A program made the translations under genes and the position numbers. Source: a bacterium (GTDB lineage: Bacteria > SZUA-182 > DTGQ01 > JAFGSM01). From it: 12,910 nt of DNA. The first letter of the stretch is position 1, and every line of letters starts with the position of its first letter. The notes beneath the pieces were generated by a model. The model saw nothing but the letters and a program-made list of their open reading frames with translations, was not told the DNA's origin and did no database searches. The DNA lies in NCBI GenBank assembly GCA_049472315.1, contig JBLIRN010000075.1:1-12910 (forward strand), in the 5' to 3' direction. Shown piece after piece: positions 7,231 through 12,910 of this stretch.

Positions 7231-8541
7231 ATGACCAGTGCGCGCTATGTCATTATCGGAAATTCCATCGCCGCCATCAACGCGATCGAGGGGATTCGGG
7301 AAAGGGACAATAAAGGGGACATCCTCATTATCAGCGATGAGGAGCACCCCATATATTCCCGTCCACTGATCACCTATTACCTGTGCGACAAGGTGGGCGA
7401 CGAGGGGCTGCTCTACAGGCCGTCCTCCTTTCATGCGGATTACAACGTCCTAACCATGCTGGGGAGACGGGCAGTCAGGCTGGATACCGGGAAAAGGATG
7501 GTGGTTCTGGACGACGACACGAAGGTGGGGTTCGAAAAACTGCTCATCGCCACCGGCGGGACCCCCATTATACCGGATGTCCCCGGGAAGGACCTCCAAG
7601 GGACCTTCACCTTCACCACGCTCGATGATTCCCTGTGTCTCAAACGATTCATCACGGATCACGACGTAAAACGGGTGGTCGTGGTGGGAGGAGGGCTGAT
7701 CGGACTCAAGGTCACCGAGGCGCTCCTCGCCCTCTCCATCAAGGTGGTCATCGTGGAGCTTGCCGACCGCATACTGAGCGCCACCTTCGACCTCACCGCC
7801 TCACGGATGATTGAGCGTGCCCTGAACACCAGCGGCTGCACCATCATCACACAGAACACCGTTCAGGAGATCCGCGAAGGCGAGAAGGGAAGGGTGGGGA
7901 CCGTCCTGCTCAAGGGGGACCGGTCTATCGACTGCGATGCGGTGATCATGGCCATAGGTGTGCGGCCACGGCTGGATCTGGCCACAGGAACGACGATCAC
8001 CACAGACAAGGGGATCCTGGTTGATCGGCATCTCAGGACCGGCGCGGAGGACATCTATGCCGCCGGTGACGTCATCGAGTGCAACGATTGTATCAACAAT
8101 ATCCGAAGGCCGATTGCCATTCTCCCCAATGCCGCAAAACAGGGAAGGGTCGCCGGCTGCAACATGGCCGGAGGATCGCGCATCTATGAGGGATGCATGG
8201 CCATGAATTCGATCGAACTCGCCGGCATTCCCACCATTTCGGTCGGATTGACCGACCCCTCCCTTCTTCCTGATGAAAAACGCAGAAAGGGTATAGAGGT
8301 GCTCCAGGATTCGAGCGACGAGGATTCCGTGTACAAAAAAATCGTCATTGAAAAAAACCGGATCATCGGGGTGATAATGATCGGAAGGATCGACCGGGCC
8401 GGCATCTATACCGGGCTTATCAGGGACAAGGTGGACATATCATCGTTCAAGGACCTCCTCCTCAGGGATGATTTCGGCCTGCTTTCCCTGCCCAGGGAAT
8501 ATCGCAAACACATCGTGGTCGGACAGGGGATAGAGGTATGA
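7231..8541 (+). CDS. FAD-dependent pyridine nucleotide oxidoreductase (NirB N-terminal/rubredoxin reductase-like), 436 aa
   Basis: The likely start is ATG 7231 (RBS GAGGAG), not 7111. Motifs YVIIGNSIAA, YSRPLI, LLIATGG, VVVGGGLIG, VELADR, AIGVRP and IYAAGD. Confidence 0.92.
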   Translation: MTSARYVIIGNSIAAINAIEGIRERDNKGDILIISDEEHPIYSRPLITYYLCDKVGDEGLLYRPSSFHADYNVLTMLGRRAVRLDTGKRMVVLDDDTKVGFEKLLIATGGTPIIPDVPGKDLQGTFTFTTLDDSLCLKRFITDHDVKRVVVVGGGLIGLKVTEALLALSIKVVIVELADRILSATFDLTASRMIERALNTSGCTIITQNTVQEIREGEKGRVGTVLLKGDRSIDCDAVIMAIGVRPRLDLATGTTITTDKGILVDRHLRTGAEDIYAAGDVIECNDCINNIRRPIAILPNAAKQGRVAGCNMAGGSRIYEGCMAMNSIELAGIPTISVGLTDPSLLPDEKRRKGIEVLQDSSDEDSVYKKIVIEKNRIIGVIMIGRIDRAGIYTGLIRDKVDISSFKDLLLRDDFGLLSLPREYRKHIVVGQGIEV

Positions 8542-9308
8542 CTACGACCGCCATCCGAAAAAGGGGAGAAAGCATGAGGATCAACGCAAAGGGGGTCCAT
8601 TACCGTGCGTTGAACGAATGGATCCGGAAGGCCCTCACCGTGGGCATGAGGGAGGTGGTCCTGGAACAGGTGAATGGACAACGGTACATCGGTGACGGCC
8701 TTTCAGGGGATATCCGCATCACCGTCAACGGTACCCCGGGAAACGACCTGGGTGCCTTCATGAATGGCCCCACCATCGAGGTGTTCGGCAATGCCCAGGA
8801 TGCGCTCGGCAATACCATGAACGCCGGAAAAATCTTGATACACGGGCATGCCGGTGATATCATCGGATATGCAATGCGGGGCGGGAAGATATTCATCCGG
8901 GGTGACGTGGGATACCGGGTAGGCATCCACATGAAGGCATATAAGGACCTTCATCCCGTCATCATCGCGGGAGGGGTGGCCCAGGACTTTCTGGGTGAGT
9001 ACATGGCAGGTGGAATGATCATCCTCCTTGGCCTGGACGCCGACCCGCAGAAGCCCATTGTTGGAAGGTATTGTGGAACCGGTATGCATGGGGGTATTAT
9101 CTATCTGCGGGGCAGCGTGGAGGAGTATCAATTGGGCAAGGAGGTCAAGGTCTTTCCCCTGGAGGAAGGGGACAGGACCACACTGAGGCGCTCCATCGAA
9201 GAATATGCCCGGGTCTTTTCGCTCGATCCGGAGGAGATACTTGCGGCCCCGTTTTCAAAGCTCATGCCGTTTACCCACCGGCCCTACGGAAAGCTCTATG
9301 CCTACTGA
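8538..9308 (+). CDS. Glutamate synthase domain 3 (GltB3, GXGXG beta-helix)
   Basis: Motifs GQRYIG, GTPGNDLGAFMNG, GNAQDALGNTMNAG, GYAMRGG, GEYMAGG and GTGMHGG. Start is either 8538 (ATGA overlap) or 8574 (RBS GGGGAG). Confidence 0.92.
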   Translation: MTTTAIRKRGESMRINAKGVHYRALNEWIRKALTVGMREVVLEQVNGQRYIGDGLSGDIRITVNGTPGNDLGAFMNGPTIEVFGNAQDALGNTMNAGKILIHGHAGDIIGYAMRGGKIFIRGDVGYRVGIHMKAYKDLHPVIIAGGVAQDFLGEYMAGGMIILLGLDADPQKPIVGRYCGTGMHGGIIYLRGSVEEYQLGKEVKVFPLEEGDRTTLRRSIEEYARVFSLDPEEILAAPFSKLMPFTHRPYGKLYAY

Positions 9309-9316
9309 AAGCCGCT

Positions 9317-9481
9317 ATTGCTCAATATCTTATGGGAAGAGGGGTGCCTCAACAAAACTTCGTCAGGCGGGGCGAAGCGGAGCTACTATGTTGCTCTTTC
9401 CGGTCACCTTTGCCTGTAGTACTCGTCCGCAGGCACACGGGCGCACCCCCCTTCCCCGTCAGCCGCGAGGTATTGAGCAAT
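9317..9481. repeat. 165-bp segment bounded by compound inverted repeats (MITE-like candidate)
   Basis: ATTGCTCAATA (9317-9327) is the exact reverse complement of TATTGAGCAAT (9471-9481). GGGAAGAGGGGTGC (9334-9347) pairs 13/14 with GCACCCCCCTTCCC (9443-9456). Confidence 0.55.
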
Positions 9482-9510
9482 TAGTTAAAACCACATGATT
9501 TTAAAAAAAT

Positions 9511-12210
9511 ATGGATAACGATGCGCAGAAAGTACTCAGGAATAAAGGGGCGATAAATTTCCCCTGGCGCTGTGGCGCCGCTATCCTTGCCCTCCTGATC
9601 CTCCTGTGCATCCCCTGCGCCGCCCGCCCTGAAACCGGGATCACCGCAGACCACATCAAGGCAATCACCGCACATGCTCAAGCACTCGATATCATCTGGC
9701 TGCTCGTTGCCTCCCTCCTCATCTTCTTCATGCAGGCCGGGTTCACACTCATCGAAATAGGGTTCACCAGGGCAAAAAATGCGGGCAATATCGTCATGAA
9801 GAACCTCTCCGACTTTACCGTGGGCTCCGTCATCTTTCTCTTTCTGGGTTACGGCCTTATGTTCGGCACAAGCTTCCGCGGGCTGTTCGGATCATCCGAT
9901 TTCTTCCTGAGCCACATCATGCAGGGCGGAGCCGTCAACAACTGGCTGTTTGCCAATCTCATCTTCCAGGTTGTCTTTGCCGGCACCGCTGCCACCATCG
10001 TCTCCGGCGCCATGGCGGAGAGGACGAAATTCGTCGGCTACCTCATCTACAGCCTCATTGTCACCGCCCTGATTTACCCGGTTGTGGGACACTGGATATG
10101 GGGGGGCGGATGGCTTTCCCGGATCGGCATGATGGATTTTGCCGGCTCCTCGGTGGTGCATTCCCTGGGCGGCTGGGTGTCCCTGGCAGGCATCGTCGTT
10201 CTCGGCCCCAGGATAGGAAGATTCGATCGGAAGGGAAAACCCATCCCCATACCAGGTCACAACATTCCCCTTGCCGCACTGGGGGTATTCATCATGTGGC
10301 TTGGCTGGTTCGGATTCAATACCGGGAGCGTGCTTTCGGGGACCAATCCGGGTATCGCGTTCATCGCCGTCAATACCATCCTCTCCGGCGTGAGCGGCTC
10401 CATTGCAGTCATGCTCTATACGTGGCGGATCAGGGGAAAGCCCGATGTGGGAATGACCCTGAACGGGGTCCTGGCCGGCCTGGTCACCAGCACCGCGACC
10501 TCGGCCCTGGTGAGTCCCATCTCCTCAATGGCCATCGGTGCCTCCGCAGGGATCATCCTGGCGCTTTCCATGAGACTCCTGGAACGATTCAAACTGGACG
10601 ATGCGGTGGGCGCCATCTCCGTCCACGGAACCAACGGGGTATGGGGGACGCTGGCGGTCGCCCTCTTCGCCCAGGAGGAATTCAGCATGAACTGCCTCGG
10701 GATACCTTATAAAGGCCTTTTTTTCGGAGGAGGCCTACGTCCCCTGGCGGTGCAATCCCTGGGCGTCCTGGTGGTATTCGCATGGAGCTTCGGGGTGGCA
10801 CTGGCGGTGTTTTATTGTATCGACCGGGGCATCGGCCTGCGGGTCTCCGTGGAGGAGGAGATCAGGGGGCTGGACTCAAGCGAGCACCTGATGAGCTCCT
10901 ATCCCCTGTTTGACGAATTCCAGCGGAAACAGGACCTCATTTTCAACGAATTGAAACGGGTCAGGGAGCTCTCCGTGCTCCATGCGATCAGCCGTTCCAT
11001 GCACAGCCTGAACCTGGATGATATACTGCACCTCATCCTCGAGGGAGTCACCCACTGCATCGGATTCGACCGGGCACGGCTCTATCTGGTAAACGAAAAG
11101 GAGCGTATCCTGGAATGCAGGATGGCTGTGGGAATCGATCAGGACATCATTCCCCTGATCACCCTACCCCTCAATCCGAGACGAAGCCTCATTGCCCGGG
11201 TGGTTGCCGAACGAAAGCCCTATATTATCCAGGATGCCATGAACGATCCCCGGGTCAATGTGGAGCTCAAACGGATCTTTAACCTCAAATCCTTTGTGGC
11301 GGTCCCCCTCCAGGGGAAGGACCGGGTCATGGGGGCGATTTCCGCCGATTATATCTACCGGGACAAGATCATCACACAGGAAAAGGTGGAATCCCTGATG
11401 ACCTTTGCCGGCCAGGCAGGGCTCGCCATCGAGAATGCCCAGCTCTACAGCGAGCTGAAACAGTTCAACGAGGAATTGGAGGAACGGGTGAGGCATGCAA
11501 CGGACGACCTCAGGAAGACCCAGGAGCAGTTGATTCAATCGAGCCGTCTCTCCGCCCTGGGTCAGCTCTCCGCCGGTGTGGCCCATGAGATACGCAATCC
11601 CTTGACCAGCATACGAATCCTCATCCATTCCCTGAAGGAACGGCTTTCCCCGGGGGATATGCGCAAGGAGGATATCGCGGTCATCGAGAACGAAATCGAG
11701 CGGATAAACCAGATTATCATGCAATTCCTCGATTTTGCCCGGCCGAGGCAGCCGGCGATGGAACAGGTGGATATAGCCGGGCTGGTCGAGGAAACCCTCC
11801 TCCTGATCTCACATGAGTTGAAGGAACATGACATCCGGATCGAAACGGACCTCCGGCCCCTGCCGACCATCTGTGCAGACCGGGATCAGGTAAAGCAGGT
11901 GTTCCTGAATATAACCCTCAATGCCATGCAGGCCATGTCCGATGGGGGGACGCTCGCTATTGCCACCGCGGCAAGGAATGATCATGTGAGCATATCCTTT
12001 AGGGATCAGGGGCCGGGCATATCCGAACCGGTTCGGCAGAGGCTCTTTGAGCCGTTTTTCACCACCAAGGAGGAGGGCATCGGCCTGGGGCTCTCCATCG
12101 CCAAAAGGATCATACAGGCACACCATGGCACGATCCATGTGGAAAGCATGGAGGGAGAGGGGACCACGTTTACCATCACCTTGCCGCTGGCATATTCCGA
12201 GAGGGGTTGA
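9511..12210 (+). CDS. Amt-GAF-histidine kinase fusion (putative ammonium sensor kinase), 899 aa
   Basis: One uninterrupted ORF. Amt domain: FFMQAGF, FQVVF, AERTKF, HWIWGGG, DFAGSSVVH217, WFGFNTGS, DDAVGAISVH372, GLRVSVEEEIRGLD. GAF domain ~10960-11450 (FDRARLYL...NDPRV...VAVPL...GAISA...LAIENAQLY), then a coiled coil, H-box AH692EIRNPL, N-box QVFLNITLNAMQAM, G1 DQGPGI, F-box FEPFFTTK and G2 GIGLGL. The exact start is uncertain (no clear RBS). Confidence 0.95.
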   Translation: MDNDAQKVLRNKGAINFPWRCGAAILALLILLCIPCAARPETGITADHIKAITAHAQALDIIWLLVASLLIFFMQAGFTLIEIGFTRAKNAGNIVMKNLSDFTVGSVIFLFLGYGLMFGTSFRGLFGSSDFFLSHIMQGGAVNNWLFANLIFQVVFAGTAATIVSGAMAERTKFVGYLIYSLIVTALIYPVVGHWIWGGGWLSRIGMMDFAGSSVVHSLGGWVSLAGIVVLGPRIGRFDRKGKPIPIPGHNIPLAALGVFIMWLGWFGFNTGSVLSGTNPGIAFIAVNTILSGVSGSIAVMLYTWRIRGKPDVGMTLNGVLAGLVTSTATSALVSPISSMAIGASAGIILALSMRLLERFKLDDAVGAISVHGTNGVWGTLAVALFAQEEFSMNCLGIPYKGLFFGGGLRPLAVQSLGVLVVFAWSFGVALAVFYCIDRGIGLRVSVEEEIRGLDSSEHLMSSYPLFDEFQRKQDLIFNELKRVRELSVLHAISRSMHSLNLDDILHLILEGVTHCIGFDRARLYLVNEKERILECRMAVGIDQDIIPLITLPLNPRRSLIARVVAERKPYIIQDAMNDPRVNVELKRIFNLKSFVAVPLQGKDRVMGAISADYIYRDKIITQEKVESLMTFAGQAGLAIENAQLYSELKQFNEELEERVRHATDDLRKTQEQLIQSSRLSALGQLSAGVAHEIRNPLTSIRILIHSLKERLSPGDMRKEDIAVIENEIERINQIIMQFLDFARPRQPAMEQVDIAGLVEETLLLISHELKEHDIRIETDLRPLPTICADRDQVKQVFLNITLNAMQAMSDGGTLAIATAARNDHVSISFRDQGPGISEPVRQRLFEPFFTTKEEGIGLGLSIAKRIIQAHHGTIHVESMEGEGTTFTITLPLAYSERG

Positions 12211-12212
12211 GC

Positions 12213-12910
12213 ATGTCGGAGACCATACTGATCGTGGATGATGATCGAGGCGTACGCTACTCCTTGAAGAGGATGATCGAGGAACGAGGGATGCAGACCA
12301 TAACCGCCCGGAACGGCCGCGAGGCCATCGAGTTGCTGAAGCAGGGGGCGTCGCCCGACGTCGCCCTGATCGACATCGTCATGCCCGGCATCTCCGGACT
12401 CGACCTCCTGGAGGCCATCAAGAAGGACTTCCCGCGCCTCACCGTCATCATGGTCACCGCTCACGGCACCACTGAGCGGGCCATACGGGCCATGAAGCTG
12501 GGGGCGTTCGATTACCTGCAGAAACCTTTCGATATCAACGCCATGTGGGCAACCATCGAGAAGGCCCTCCAGGTGGCGCAGTCGATTCGGAACCCGGTGA
12601 GCTTTCAGACCGCTCAATGGGAGGGAGAGAGCATTATCGGGGATTCTGTAGCCATGCAGGAGGTCTATAAGACCATCGGTCAGATCGCGGGAAAAGAGGT
12701 CAACGTGCTGATCACGGGTGAGAGCGGCACCGGAAAGGAACTGGTTGCAAGGGCCATATACAACCACAGCCTGCGCAACACCCGTCCCTTTCTCTCCATC
12801 AACTGCGCCGCCATTCCGGAAAACCTCCTGGAGAGCGAGCTGTTCGGCCATGAGCGGGGGGCGTATACGGGCGCCGAGCATCGGAGGATCGGCAGATTCG
12901 AACAGGCTCA
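12213..12910 (+). CDS. NtrC-family sigma-54-dependent response regulator (REC + AAA+), truncated by the window edge
   Basis: Absent from the ORF track. Translation from ATG 12213 (RBS GAGGGG): MSETILIVDDD...LID(54)IVMPG...MVTAHG...GAFDYLQKPF...GESGTGKELVARAIY...INCAAIPENLLESELFGHERGAYTGA. Confidence 0.96.
   Translation, partial: MSETILIVDDDRGVRYSLKRMIEERGMQTITARNGREAIELLKQGASPDVALIDIVMPGISGLDLLEAIKKDFPRLTVIMVTAHGTTERAIRAMKLGAFDYLQKPFDINAMWATIEKALQVAQSIRNPVSFQTAQWEGESIIGDSVAMQEVYKTIGQIAGKEVNVLITGESGTGKELVARAIYNHSLRNTRPFLSINCAAIPENLLESELFGHERGAYTGAEHRRIGRFEQA

Noticed and set aside
2235..9308. N-methylglutamate (methylamine) pathway reading: GmaS plus MgsABC
   Set aside because: The GS keeps the canonical ammonium-site motifs (FDGSS, GGYF, GYEAP), no N-methylglutamate dehydrogenase genes are in the window, and GltB2 is of the ferredoxin-fused archaeal type. 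Not formally excluded without a phylogeny.
12006..12881. 291-aa minus-strand ORF
   Set aside because: Antisense shadow of the response regulator and the end of the kinase.

Overview
A bacterial nitrogen-assimilation island, probably from an anaerobe with a sigma-54 regulon (a deltaproteobacterium-like origin is my guess). Left to right: a stand-alone ammonium transporter (amt, minus strand, cut by the left edge, missing from the ORF track); a ~740 bp divergent control region with two back-to-back sigma-54 promoters, each with an IHF-like site and a tandem pair of palindromic boxes; a 71-aa unknown ORF followed by a type I-alpha glutamine synthetase (glnA); an operon with a stand-alone NtrC/Fis-type HTH protein, a split archaeal-type glutamate synthase (GltB1, GltB2, GltB3 domains), a 4Fe-4S protein and an FAD/NAD(P)H oxidoreductase; a 165 bp segment bounded by inverted repeats; an 899-aa Amt-GAF-histidine kinase fusion; and an NtrC-family sigma-54 response regulator (cut by the right edge). 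The most interesting reading is a self-contained ammonium-sensing circuit, in which an Amt-fused kinase replaces NtrB, sits beside its likely cognate regulator, and has candidate target promoters and binding boxes in the same window. All calls come from reading motifs by eye; no database search or folding computation was run.
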